Source of the DNA: Spirochaetia bacterium
GTDB lineage: Bacteria; Spirochaetota; Spirochaetia; SZUA-6; Bin103
NCBI GenBank assembly: GCA_965208575.1
Contig: CBDBOV010000003.1
Coordinates: 448,001 to 512,000, forward strand
Direction of reading: 5' to 3'
Length of the DNA: 64,000 bases
Shown here: one piece after another, positions 30,999 to 39,990 of the stretch
Numbering within the stretch: the first letter of the stretch is position 1
Layout of the letters: each line of letters starts with the position of its first letter
The notes under the pieces: model-generated
The model's database searches: none
What the model saw: the letters and a program-made list of their open reading frames with translations, nothing else
What the model was told of the DNA's origin: nothing
Position numbers and translations under genes: made by a program

Positions 30999-31949
30999 AT
31001 GCGAGTCGACGCCTTCGAGCGCGTCGCGCGCCTGGTGGGGAACACGCCGCTGGCGGAGATCTCCCAGTCGGCGGCGGCGGCGCGCATCCTGGCCAAGCTG
31101 GAGTACTACAACCCGAGCGGCTCGGTAAAGGACCGCGCAGCGAAGGGGATGGTGGAGGCCGCGCTGGCCGACGGCACGCTGGCCGGGCGCACCATCCTGG
31201 AGGCGACCAGCGGCAACACCGGCATCGCGCTGGCCATGTTCGGCAGCGCCCTCGGGCTGCCGGTGGAGCTGGTGATGCCGGCCAACGTCACCCCGGAGCG
31301 CAAACGCATCATCGCCAACTACGGCGCGCGCTCGCTTTTCACTTCCAACCTGGAAGGCACCGACGGCGCGCAGAAGAAGGCGGCGGAGCTGGCCGCCGCG
31401 CACCCCGAGCGCTACTTCTATCCCGACCAGTACAACAACGAGCACAACTGGCGCGCCCACTACGACGGCACCGGACCGGAGATCTGGCGCCAGTCGGGCG
31501 GTCAGGCGACCCACTTCGTGGCCGGCCTCGGCACCAGCGGCACCTTCATCGGCACCGCCCGGTTCCTGCGCGAGCGCGGCGTGCGCTGCATCGCCGTGCA
31601 GCCGGACAACCCGATCCACGGGCTGGAGGGCTGGAAGCACATGCCGACCGCGCGCGTGCCCGGCATCTACGACGACGCGGTGGCCGACGAGGTGCTGGAG
31701 GCGGACACCGAGTCCGCTTACCGGTTCGCCATCGCGGCCGGCCGCTACCTGGGCTACGCGCTGAGCCCGAGTGCGGCCGCAAACCTGTGGGCGGCGCTGC
31801 AGGTGGCGCGCGCCAACCCCGGCGCCACCGTGGTCACCCTGTTTCCCGACAATTCGCTGAAGTACCTGGATGATCCCTACTGGGAAAACGAGGAGTATGT
31901 TTCCGAAGACCCATTCCGGTCCGCGGCCGGCAATGCCGCCGATCGATAA
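30999..31949 (+). CDS. cysM: PLP-dependent cysteine synthase (CysM-like)
   Basis: GNTPL, NPSGSVKDR (PLP Lys), EATSGNTG, GLGTSGT. Confidence 0.88.
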   Translation: MRVDAFERVARLVGNTPLAEISQSAAAARILAKLEYYNPSGSVKDRAAKGMVEAALADGTLAGRTILEATSGNTGIALAMFGSALGLPVELVMPANVTPERKRIIANYGARSLFTSNLEGTDGAQKKAAELAAAHPERYFYPDQYNNEHNWRAHYDGTGPEIWRQSGGQATHFVAGLGTSGTFIGTARFLRERGVRCIAVQPDNPIHGLEGWKHMPTARVPGIYDDAVADEVLEADTESAYRFAIAAGRYLGYALSPSAAANLWAALQVARANPGATVVTLFPDNSLKYLDDPYWENEEYVSEDPFRSAAGNAADR

Positions 31950-32025
31950 CGGCAACTACGTGATCGAGGACCCGTTCCGATCTGCGGCAACGGCGGCCGG
32001 CGACGCCGATGAAAGAGGACGATGA
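31893..32025 (+). repeat. Diverged tandem duplicate of the cysteine synthase 3' end
   Basis: EYVSEDPFRSAAGNAADR-stop followed by NYVIEDPFRSAATAAGDADERGR-stop whose TGA overlaps the next ATG. Confidence 0.75.
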
Positions 32026-32465
32026 CTACGCTACCGAAGATCCTGTTCGACCAAATCGAGCGGCACGGCCGCGATGCGTACCCGGAGGAGTGCGTCGGTG
32101 CCCTGATCGGCACCGTGGCCGCGGGCGGGAGCGAGCGCGCCGTGGAGCGGCTGTTCCCGATCGACAACCGCTCCGAGGAGAACCGCAAGCGGCGCTACCT
32201 CGTGTCGCCGCTCGCCTACCTGGCCGCCGAGCGCGCCGCCGACTCCGCCGGCAAGGCGCTGCTCGGCTTCTACCACTCGCATCCCGAGCACCCGGCCGAG
32301 CCGAGCGCCACCGACCTCGCCTGGGCGCAGCCCAACTTCGCCTACGTCATCATGTCGATCCGGCGCTCCGGAGACGCCGAGCCCGCTGCCGCCGGCGCCG
32401 GCGCCTTCCTGCTCGACCCCGACCGCTCCGGCTTCCTGACCGACGAACTGGTGATCGCCTCGTGA
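32022..32465 (+). CDS. JAB/Mov34 (M67) metallopeptidase, Mec-like sulfur-carrier peptidase
   Basis: YPEECVG and GFYHSHP.HPAEPSATD (JAMM motif). Confidence 0.92.
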   Translation: MTTLPKILFDQIERHGRDAYPEECVGALIGTVAAGGSERAVERLFPIDNRSEENRKRRYLVSPLAYLAAERAADSAGKALLGFYHSHPEHPAEPSATDLAWAQPNFAYVIMSIRRSGDAEPAAAGAGAFLLDPDRSGFLTDELVIAS

Positions 32466-32500
32466 TTGCGGCACGGACTCGACCTCGCTACGTTCTCGCC

Positions 32501-33280
32501 ATGAATCGGATTCTGACTCTGCTGGCGCTGGCTGCCGCCGTTCTGTTCAGCGCAACCTGCTCCATGGGAGGCGCGACAGGAACTGCGCCGATGGAATCGC
32601 CGGAAACGGAATCGCCGGAGACCGAATCGCCGGAAACGGAATCGCCGGAGACGGAGTCGCCGGAGACCGAATCGCCCCTGCCGGCCGAGGGCGAAGCGCG
32701 GTATCGGGTCACGTTCGCGGCCACCTGGAGCGCCGCGACCCATCCGACCAACTTTCCGGACGGTCCGCACTTCTCCGGGCTGATCGGGGCCACGCACGAC
32801 GCGGAGCCCCGCATCTGGCAACTCGGCCAACTCGCGTCGGACGGCATCGAGTCGATGGCGGAGACCGGCGGGAAGTCGACACTCAGCGACGAGATCGATG
32901 CGCTGATCGCAGCCGGGACCGCACACGGCGAGCTGTCCGGCGGCGGTTTGTCCACCTCATCGAGCGTCAGCCTGGAGTTCGACATCGTCTCGTCGCATCC
33001 GTACGTGACGCTGGTGAGCATGCTGGCGCCGAGCCCCGACTGGTTCGTCGGCGTCTCCGCCCTTCCACTGCTGGCCGAGGACGGCACCTGGAAAGAGCGC
33101 GAGGAAGTGATGCTCCGCCTCTACGACGCCGGCACCGACGACGGGGCCCGGTTCACCAGCGGCAACGCCGACTCCGACCCCGCGCAGCCGATCTCCCGCC
33201 TGACCAGCGAATCCGGCGACACCGACTTCACCGACGGCAAACCGCCGGTCGGTACCTTCACGTTCCAGAAGCTGCCGTGA
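32501..33280 (+). CDS. Spondin_N domain lipoprotein
   Basis: Signal ending FSATC; ARYRVTF.ATW...HP, HFSGLIGATH, SMLAPSPDWFVG, YDAGTD. Confidence 0.9.
   Translation: MNRILTLLALAAAVLFSATCSMGGATGTAPMESPETESPETESPETESPETESPETESPLPAEGEARYRVTFAATWSAATHPTNFPDGPHFSGLIGATHDAEPRIWQLGQLASDGIESMAETGGKSTLSDEIDALIAAGTAHGELSGGGLSTSSSVSLEFDIVSSHPYVTLVSMLAPSPDWFVGVSALPLLAEDGTWKEREEVMLRLYDAGTDDGARFTSGNADSDPAQPISRLTSESGDTDFTDGKPPVGTFTFQKLP
32594..32677 (+). repeat. 15-bp coding tandem repeat (ESPET x5+)
   Basis: gaatcgccgga(a/g)ac(g/c) units. Confidence 0.9.
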
Positions 33281-33314
33281 CCGGACGGCGCTTATCGTTA
33301 TACTGTCGCGTGAG

Positions 33315-34325
33315 ATGAGTGCGTATCCCTATATACCGATCCGGGTGGCGTGGAAGCGGCCGCGGATCGACCGGGAGCTGTTGGCGCGGTTCATGCGGCG
33401 CAGCGACCTGCATGGCCTGTGGCACAGCCTCGGAGTGCTGGGGATTCTGGCCGCCTCCGGCTCCCTGTGCTGGTGGTTCTTCAGCACCGGCCAATGGGTG
33501 CTGATGGCGCTGGCGCTGTACGTGCACGGCGGCCTGTTCGCGTTCAACCCGCAGACGCACGAACTGTCGCATCGCACCATGTTCCGGACGCGCTGGCTGA
33601 ACAACCTGTTCGGACGCATCTTCGGGCTGGTGCACTGGCACAGCAATCTCGCCACCTACCGGATGAGCCACAAGTACCACCACCGCTACACCCTGCACCG
33701 CCGCAGCGAGGGAGAGCGCGTGCATCCGAAGGTGAAAACCACCGAGGAGGTGCTGCAGCAGGCGTTCCAGGTGGTGGACATCGGCGCGCTGGTGACCGCG
33801 CTGTACGACCAGGTCTACTCGATCTTCCGGCCCTACCTGAGCAACCCGCGGCGCAGCGTGTGGCAGCGCTACGTCTACGAGCAGGCCACCGAGCACGAGC
33901 GCCGCGAGGCGCACCGGCGGCAGGTGACCCAGTTCCTGTTCCACGCGGCGTTCGCCGTGTTCGCGGTCGCCATCGGCCACTGGTTCCTGGTCGTGGTGGT
34001 GAGCCTGCCGCGCTTCTACGGGGCGCGCTGGTACCACACGCTGGTGCACGCGACCATGCACGTGGGCCGCGAACCGGAGGCGGACGACTTCCGCAAGAGT
34101 TGCCGGTCGGTGAAAGTGGACCCGTTCACGTCGTTCCTGTACTGGCACATGGAGTGGCATACCGAGCACCACACCTTCCCCGCGGTCCCCTGCTACCGCC
34201 TGAAGAAGTTCCACGAAGCCACCCGCGAGCACTGGGAGGCCCCGCAGTCGCTGCGCCAGGCCTGGAAGGAGATGAACGCCCACAGCGCCGCCCTGCTCTC
34301 CCTCGCCCCCAAACCGGCGGCGTAG
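33315..34325 (+). CDS. Fatty-acid desaturase family membrane di-iron protein
   Basis: Three His boxes HELSH, HKYHH, HTEHH. Confidence 0.88.
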   Translation: MSAYPYIPIRVAWKRPRIDRELLARFMRRSDLHGLWHSLGVLGILAASGSLCWWFFSTGQWVLMALALYVHGGLFAFNPQTHELSHRTMFRTRWLNNLFGRIFGLVHWHSNLATYRMSHKYHHRYTLHRRSEGERVHPKVKTTEEVLQQAFQVVDIGALVTALYDQVYSIFRPYLSNPRRSVWQRYVYEQATEHERREAHRRQVTQFLFHAAFAVFAVAIGHWFLVVVVSLPRFYGARWYHTLVHATMHVGREPEADDFRKSCRSVKVDPFTSFLYWHMEWHTEHHTFPAVPCYRLKKFHEATREHWEAPQSLRQAWKEMNAHSAALLSLAPKPAA

Positions 34326-34344
34326 GGGTTCAGTGGTGCTTGAT

Positions 34345-34405
34345 TTTTTGCTTAGAGTACAAACTCTTTGCTATGTTTTTCACGTCGAAGCAAAAATGTT
34401 AGTGT
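34345..34405 (+). promoter_or_regulatory. AT-rich promoter/operator with inverted repeat upstream of the AAA ATPase
   Basis: tttttgctt...aagcaaaaa arms; TAGTGT 6 nt before ATG. Confidence 0.5.
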
Positions 34406-34411
34406 TGTGGG

Positions 34412-35530
34412 ATGGAAGCCTCCCTCCCGCGGTATCTCACCACGCAGATTCGGGCCGATCTGGAACGCAAGATGGTGTTCGTGTCCGGGCCGCGGCAGGT
34501 CGGGAAGACGACCTTGGCCCGGCACCTGCTGCCCGAACCGTCCGGTTATCTGAACTGGGACATTCCCGAACACCGCGACATGATTCTGCGTGGCCGCCTG
34601 CCACCAACCGACATGCTGGCGTTCGACGAGCTGCACAAGTTCCGGCGCTGGCGCGAGTTTCTCAAGGGGCTCTACGACCGCCGGGACGGCAGGAGGATTC
34701 TGGTCACCGGCAGCGGCCGGCTCGACTACTACCGGCACGGCGGCGACTCTCTGCAGGGCCGCTATCATCACCTGCGGATGCACCCGCTGTCGGTCGCCGA
34801 GCTTGCGGTCGACGACCCGAACGGGCTCATGCGGCTACTCGATCGGGGCGGCTTCCCGGAGCCCTACCTGAGCGAGTCGATGGATGCCGCCCAGCGCTGG
34901 TCGCGCGAGTACCGGGTTCGCCTGGTCGACGATGAGATCAGTGACCTGGAGCGGGTGGATGACCTCAGCGCGCTGCAGTTGCTGGCGGTGAGGCTGTCCG
35001 ACCTGGTAGGTAGTCCGCTGTCGGTAAACGCACTGCGCGAGGACTTGCGCGTGAGCCATCGTACTGTGTCCCGCTGGCTGGAAATCTTCGAGCGGCTGTA
35101 CGCCATCGTACGCATCGCACCGGTCGGTGCACCGGCGATCAGGGCAGTCAGCAAGGCTCAGAAGCACTACCATTACGATTGGCTGCCGATCGCCGATCGG
35201 GCAGCGCGCTTCGAGAACGTCGTGGCGCTGCACTTGTTGAAGTGGGTGCACCACGAGCAGGACGTGCGCGGACGAGAGCTGGACCTGCGCTACTTTCGCG
35301 ATGTCGACGGTCGCGAGGTGGACTTCGTAATCACGGAACGCGGCGTTCCTACGCACCTGGTCGAGGTGAAGTGGCGCGACCGGCCCCTGGATCGGGCTCT
35401 GCGCTACCTGAGCGAACGCTTCCCCGAGGCAGCGGCATATCAACTCAGCGCCACGGGAACGGACGACTACCGCACCCACGGCGGCATCCGGGTGCAGCCG
35501 GCGCTGCCGTTCCTGCGCGGGCTGGTGTAG
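34412..35530 (+). CDS. AAA+ ATPase with DUF4143 and C-terminal PD-(D/E)xK-like domain
   Basis: GPRQVGKT, FDE, TGS, SLQGR, GGFPE, FEN, REVDF..VEVK. Confidence 0.92.
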   Translation: MEASLPRYLTTQIRADLERKMVFVSGPRQVGKTTLARHLLPEPSGYLNWDIPEHRDMILRGRLPPTDMLAFDELHKFRRWREFLKGLYDRRDGRRILVTGSGRLDYYRHGGDSLQGRYHHLRMHPLSVAELAVDDPNGLMRLLDRGGFPEPYLSESMDAAQRWSREYRVRLVDDEISDLERVDDLSALQLLAVRLSDLVGSPLSVNALREDLRVSHRTVSRWLEIFERLYAIVRIAPVGAPAIRAVSKAQKHYHYDWLPIADRAARFENVVALHLLKWVHHEQDVRGRELDLRYFRDVDGREVDFVITERGVPTHLVEVKWRDRPLDRALRYLSERFPEAAAYQLSATGTDDYRTHGGIRVQPALPFLRGLV

Positions 35531-35537
35531 GTACCCC

Positions 35538-36710
35538 TTACGGCGGGTCGGCGATTCCGTCGCGGGTCTCGGCGATGACCATGTCCACGACCGCGCGCAG
35601 CGCCTGCGGGATGGTGTCGCCCTCCAGCCGGCGCAGACGGTACAGGTCGATCTGCCGGTCCGCGCCGGTGCCGAGGCGGATGATCTCGGTGACGCGCTGC
35701 AATTCCCGCTCGCAGTCGAGCGCGGCGGCGTCCTCGGCGAGGTCGTCGATCAGCTCCTCGACACCCTCCAGAATGTCGACCCGCTTGCCGGCGCGCAGGT
35801 CGCCCAGGAACGCGAGGACCCCGTAGCGCGACGCGTGCCAGCGGTTCTCGGCGATCAGCTCGGTCGGCGGCTCCGGCGGCAGCCCTTCCTCGGCGTCCTG
35901 CCGCAACAGCCGCCGGATCAGGCAGGCATACAGGGAGGCAAGGCTCAGCGTGTCCTCCATGCGCGGGCAGATGTCGCAGATGCGCACCTCGATAGTGGGA
36001 AAGCGAACCGCCGGACGGATGTCCCACCACAACTCGGTGCCGTCGCCGATGAAGTCCATCGACTGGTAGTCGGCCACCAGGCGGTCGTAGTCGGCGCGGG
36101 TCCGAAACGGCGGCGGCAGGTTGGTGCGCGGCATGGAGGCGATCACGGTGAGGCGGTAGGACTTGAAACCGGTCTCGCGGCCGCCGTTGAACGGCGACGA
36201 GGTGGACAGCGCGTGCATGATCGGCAGGTAGCGGCGCAGCGCGGTCATCACCCGGATGCGCGACTCGGCATCGCCGAAGCCGGCGTGGATGTGCATGCCG
36301 CCGACCAGGTAGCGGCGCACCACGTCCTGAAAGGTTGCCGCGAAGCGGTCGTAGCGCTCCTTGGGGGTGATCGCCTGCGCCTGCCAGTGGGCGAACGGGT
36401 GGGTAGAGGAAGCGATCACCGCCGCGCCGAACCGCGCGGCCGTGTCGATCACCAGCGAACGGGTCTCGATCTGCGCTGCCCGCAGGTCGGCCACCGACGT
36501 GCACACCCGGGTGTTGGTCTCGATCTGGGTGCGCAGCAGCTCGTGCACCACCTTGTGCGGTCCGCTGTCGCGCTCGCAGGCGTCGAACAGCGCCGGGTCG
36601 GGGTCGGCGATCAGGTCTCGTGAGTCGGGATCGACCAGGAAGAACTCTTCCTCCAGGCCGAAGGTGATCCCGAGCTTGTCAGTCTTAACGGTGGCCTGAT
36701 TATCCTTCAC
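35538..36710 (-). CDS. Carboxylate-amine ligase (glutamate-cysteine ligase 2, YbdK family)
   Basis: TFGLEEEFFLVD, GMHIH, STSSPF, WWDIRP, TIEVRICD, ENRW.A.RYG. Confidence 0.92.
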   Translation of the reverse strand: MKDNQATVKTDKLGITFGLEEEFFLVDPDSRDLIADPDPALFDACERDSGPHKVVHELLRTQIETNTRVCTSVADLRAAQIETRSLVIDTAARFGAAVIASSTHPFAHWQAQAITPKERYDRFAATFQDVVRRYLVGGMHIHAGFGDAESRIRVMTALRRYLPIMHALSTSSPFNGGRETGFKSYRLTVIASMPRTNLPPPFRTRADYDRLVADYQSMDFIGDGTELWWDIRPAVRFPTIEVRICDICPRMEDTLSLASLYACLIRRLLRQDAEEGLPPEPPTELIAENRWHASRYGVLAFLGDLRAGKRVDILEGVEELIDDLAEDAAALDCERELQRVTEIIRLGTGADRQIDLYRLRRLEGDTIPQALRAVVDMVIAETRDGIADPP

Positions 36711-36725
36711 AGTGGCCTGATTATA
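36691..36725 (-). repeat. 21-bp-period tandem duplication covering the -10 box and start of the ligase gene
   Basis: TATAATCAGGCCACTGTGAAG / GATAATCAGGCCACCGTTAAG on the minus strand. Confidence 0.7.
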
Positions 36726-36832
36726 CTGCTCCGTTGCGTGTTGGACACACGGTCCGTTACACGGAGTGGACACGGACGGGGCTCAGCCGGTTGTTTGGCG
36801 CCGGTTCGGTTCGGAGTTATTATCGTAGCGAC

Positions 36833-38311
36833 ATGGCCATTACCATTCACATTCCCACTCCGTTGCGGCCCTTTCTGGACAACCAGGACACGGTTACCGT
36901 CGACGGCGAAGGCGCCGTCGGCGAGGTGCTGCGGCAACTGGCGGCCGGCCACGACGACCTGGGCAAGCACCTGTTCGGGGCCGACGGCGCGCTGCGCAAC
37001 TTCGTCAACGTGTACGTGAACGAGGAAGACATTCGCTACCAGGACGGCGAGAACACCGCCGTCAAGAGCGGCGACACCGTCTCCATCGTGCCGTCGATCG
37101 CCGGCGGCAGCGGTGCCGCCGAGGCCCTGAGCCCCGCCGAGCTGGCGCGCTACAGCCGCCACATCCTGATTCCGGACGTGGGCGTCCCGGGACAGGAGCG
37201 GCTCAAGGCCAGTTCGGCCCTGCTGATCGGCGCCGGCGGCCTCGGCTCGCCGCTGGCCCTGTACCTGGCTGCGGCCGGTATCGGGCGCATCGGCATCGTC
37301 GAGTTCGACAAGATCGACGAGACCAACCTGCAGCGCCAGATCCTGTACGGCACCTCGCAGGTGGGCCAGTCCAAGCTGCAGCGGGCAACCGACCGGCTGC
37401 GCGACCTCAATCCGGCCATCACCATCGAGCCGATCGAGGAGCCGCTCACGTCGGCCAACGCCCTGGAGCTGTTCCGGAACTACGACGTGGTGGCCGACGG
37501 CACCGACAACTTCCCGACCCGCTACCTGGTGAACGACGCCTGCGTGCTCACCGGCACGCCCAACGTGTACGGCTCGATCTTCCGCTTCGAGGGGCAGATC
37601 TCGGTGTTCAACTACCAGGGCGGCCCCTGCTACCGCTGCCTGTACAGCGAGCCGCCGCCGCCCGGACTGGTGCCGAGCTGCGCCGAGGGCGGCGTGCTCG
37701 GCGTGCTGCCCGGCGTGGTCGGCGCGCTGCAGGCCAACGAGGTGATCAAGGTGCTGCTCGGCATCGGCGACGTTGCCGCCGGGCGGCTGGTGATCTACGA
37801 CGCCCTGAAGCTGACCTTCCGCCAGCTCAAGCTGCGCCGCAACCCGGACTGCGTGGTGTGCGGCGAGAACCCGACCGTGACCGAGCTGATCGACTACGAG
37901 CAGTTCTGCGGCATGCCGGCGTTCGAGGGCAGCGCCGGCGGGCAGGCGGTCGCGGCGCACGGCGCGGCGGACAACGGCGACGGCGACGGCGGCATCCGCG
38001 AGATCGACGTGTTCGAGCTGCAGGCGCGCAGGGAGCGCGGCGAGGAGTTCCAGCTCATCGACGTGCGCGAGCCGTGGGAGGCGGACATCAACCAGATCGA
38101 CGGCGCCGAGCTGATCCCGCTCGGCGAGTTGCCCGACCGCCTCGACGAGCTCGACCCGGCGGCCAGCTACGTCGTGCACTGCAAGATGGGCGGGCGCAGC
38201 GCCAACGCGGTCGCCCAGATGCAGGAGGCCGGGTTCCGCGACGTGGTCAACCTGGAGGGCGGCATCAGCGCCTGGGTCGACGAAATCGACCCCGATCAAC
38301 AGTCGTACTAA
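36833..38311 (+). CDS. moeB: ThiS/MoaD-like sulfur carrier + MoeB/ThiF adenylyltransferase + rhodanese fusion
   Basis: IPTPLR...VSIVPSIAGG; RYSRH, GAGGLG, TNLQRQ, CYRC, CVVC; IDVRE, HCKMGGRS, LEGG. Confidence 0.93.
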   Translation: MAITIHIPTPLRPFLDNQDTVTVDGEGAVGEVLRQLAAGHDDLGKHLFGADGALRNFVNVYVNEEDIRYQDGENTAVKSGDTVSIVPSIAGGSGAAEALSPAELARYSRHILIPDVGVPGQERLKASSALLIGAGGLGSPLALYLAAAGIGRIGIVEFDKIDETNLQRQILYGTSQVGQSKLQRATDRLRDLNPAITIEPIEEPLTSANALELFRNYDVVADGTDNFPTRYLVNDACVLTGTPNVYGSIFRFEGQISVFNYQGGPCYRCLYSEPPPPGLVPSCAEGGVLGVLPGVVGALQANEVIKVLLGIGDVAAGRLVIYDALKLTFRQLKLRRNPDCVVCGENPTVTELIDYEQFCGMPAFEGSAGGQAVAAHGAADNGDGDGGIREIDVFELQARRERGEEFQLIDVREPWEADINQIDGAELIPLGELPDRLDELDPAASYVVHCKMGGRSANAVAQMQEAGFRDVVNLEGGISAWVDEIDPDQQSY

Positions 38312-38322
38312 GCGCAGACCAG

Positions 38323-38387
38323 GATAGTCCGGATTCCGATTCCGGGTTATCCACATTTGACACTCTGTCCGGTAAGTCCGGTACACT
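38323..38387 (+). promoter_or_regulatory. Palindrome plus sigma70-type promoter of the TRAP operon
   Basis: gatagtccgga-ttccgat-tccgggttatc; TTGACA (38357), 19 nt, TACACT (38382), ATG 6 nt later. Confidence 0.55.
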
Positions 38388-38393
38388 CGGGCA

Positions 38394-39449
38394 ATGCGCC
38401 GGATCGATCGCCGCCGAGCCATCGTCAACGGGCCGTTTCCCGCCCTCGTTGCGGCACTGTTCTGCGCGCTCGCTAGCAGTGCGGGCGCGGAGCAGATCAC
38501 GCTTCGGCTGCACACGTTCAACTCGCCCAGGTCGATCGCCGTCCAGTCGTTCCTGCAGCCATGGGCCGACGAGATCGAGGAGCGAACCGACGGCCGGGTC
38601 GAGGTGCAGGTATTTCCCGCGATGCAGCTCGGCGGCAGGCCGGCGGATCTCTACGGGCAGGCGCGCGACGGCGTGGTCGATATCGTCTGGACCTTGCCCG
38701 GTTACTCGGCGGGGAGATTCCCACTGACCGAGGTGTTCGAGCTGCCCTTCGTCTGCGGTGACGCGGAAGCGACCAGTCAAGCGTTGCACGAGTTCTCCGG
38801 GAAATGGCTGCGGGATGAGTACGACGATACGCATCCGCTGGTGTTCCATGCGGCGGCGCCCGGCCACATCCACACCGCCGACCGCGAGGTGCGCACGCTG
38901 GAAGACCTGGAAGCGTTGAAGATACGCGCTCCCTCGCGGATCAGCGCTGAGATGCTGGAAGCTCTTGGCGCCGTGCCGATCGGCATGCCCGTGCCGAGGG
39001 TCTACGAGGCGCTCTCGCGGGGCGTGGTGGACGGCGCATTGATCCCCTGGACCATCATGCGTCCGTTCCGCCTGCACGAAGTGACGCAGCACCATACGGA
39101 GGTTGCGTTCTCCTGCGCCCTGTTCCTGATGACCATGAACAAGGCGCGCTACGATGGACTGCCGGCGGAAGTCCGCACGATCATCGACGAGACGACCGGA
39201 ATAGCGCTGGCCCGGCGACTGGGGCGGCTGTGGCAGGACGACGAACAGCCGGGCCGTGCCATCGCGCTGGAGCGGGGCCACTCGATCGTTCCGCTGCCGG
39301 AAGCGGAGCGCGAGCGTTGGCGGACCGTCCTGCAGCCGGTGACCGATGGCTGGGTCGAGCAGGTCAGCGCCATGGGCCACGACGGAGAAGCGATGCTCGC
39401 CGATGCCAGGCGCCTGGTCGCCGAGTACGGCGATGACCTCCACCGGTAG
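38394..39449 (+). CDS. TRAP transporter substrate-binding protein (DctP family)
   Basis: QLGG, DGVVDI, GRFPLTEVFELPF, LKIR, YEALSRGVVDG. Confidence 0.92.
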   Translation: MRRIDRRRAIVNGPFPALVAALFCALASSAGAEQITLRLHTFNSPRSIAVQSFLQPWADEIEERTDGRVEVQVFPAMQLGGRPADLYGQARDGVVDIVWTLPGYSAGRFPLTEVFELPFVCGDAEATSQALHEFSGKWLRDEYDDTHPLVFHAAAPGHIHTADREVRTLEDLEALKIRAPSRISAEMLEALGAVPIGMPVPRVYEALSRGVVDGALIPWTIMRPFRLHEVTQHHTEVAFSCALFLMTMNKARYDGLPAEVRTIIDETTGIALARRLGRLWQDDEQPGRAIALERGHSIVPLPEAERERWRTVLQPVTDGWVEQVSAMGHDGEAMLADARRLVAEYGDDLHR

Positions 39450-39990
39450 GCCGGGAGAGCACCAAGAGGCGGCCGCTGCGGCGCGCGGCCGGGAAAGCCT
39501 GCCGGGCGATCACATTGGAGCCCACCTGGAGCGGCTGGCCCGGTTGGTTGCGATTGCCGGGGGCGTGCTGTTGATCGGAGTCGTGTTGATGACCGTGATC
39601 AGCGTCCTCGGGCGCTATCTCTTGGGCGCCCCGATCCCCGGCGACTACGAGATCACCGAGCTCGCCCTCGGCATCGCGGTGTTCGCCTTCCTGCCGTACT
39701 GCCACGCCAGGAGCGGCAACATCGTCGTGGAGTTCTTCACCGGCAGGTTGCGCGCGCGTCACAAGACGGCGCTGGCCACGGTTCACCATATCGCCTTCAC
39801 GCTGGTTGCCGGCCTGATCACCTGGCGCCTGTTCGTCGGCGGCGTGCATAAGCTGCGGGATGGCGAGACGACGCTGTTCCTGGGCATTCCGCTGCATTGG
39901 GCCTACTTCCCGGCGCTGCTCGGAGCCGGATTGCTGACCGCGATCTGCGTCCTGGTCGTCTGCCGTCAGGTTCGCGTCCTGCGGCGATGA
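39433..39990 (+). CDS. TRAP small permease (DctQ family)
   Basis: Four TM segments; SVLGRY..PIPGDYEI, GNIVVEFF. Confidence 0.88.
   Translation: MTSTGRPGEHQEAAAAARGRESLPGDHIGAHLERLARLVAIAGGVLLIGVVLMTVISVLGRYLLGAPIPGDYEITELALGIAVFAFLPYCHARSGNIVVEFFTGRLRARHKTALATVHHIAFTLVAGLITWRLFVGGVHKLRDGETTLFLGIPLHWAYFPALLGAGLLTAICVLVVCRQVRVLRR

Noticed and set aside
32009-33280. 423-aa ORF suggesting a JAB-spondin fusion
   Set aside because: JAB is in a different frame; the spondin gene has its own ATG, signal peptide and -10 box
38347-38355. Perfect DnaA box TTATCCACA as a replication origin
   Set aside because: Single box, no cluster, no AT-rich unwinding region, no dnaA/dnaN context
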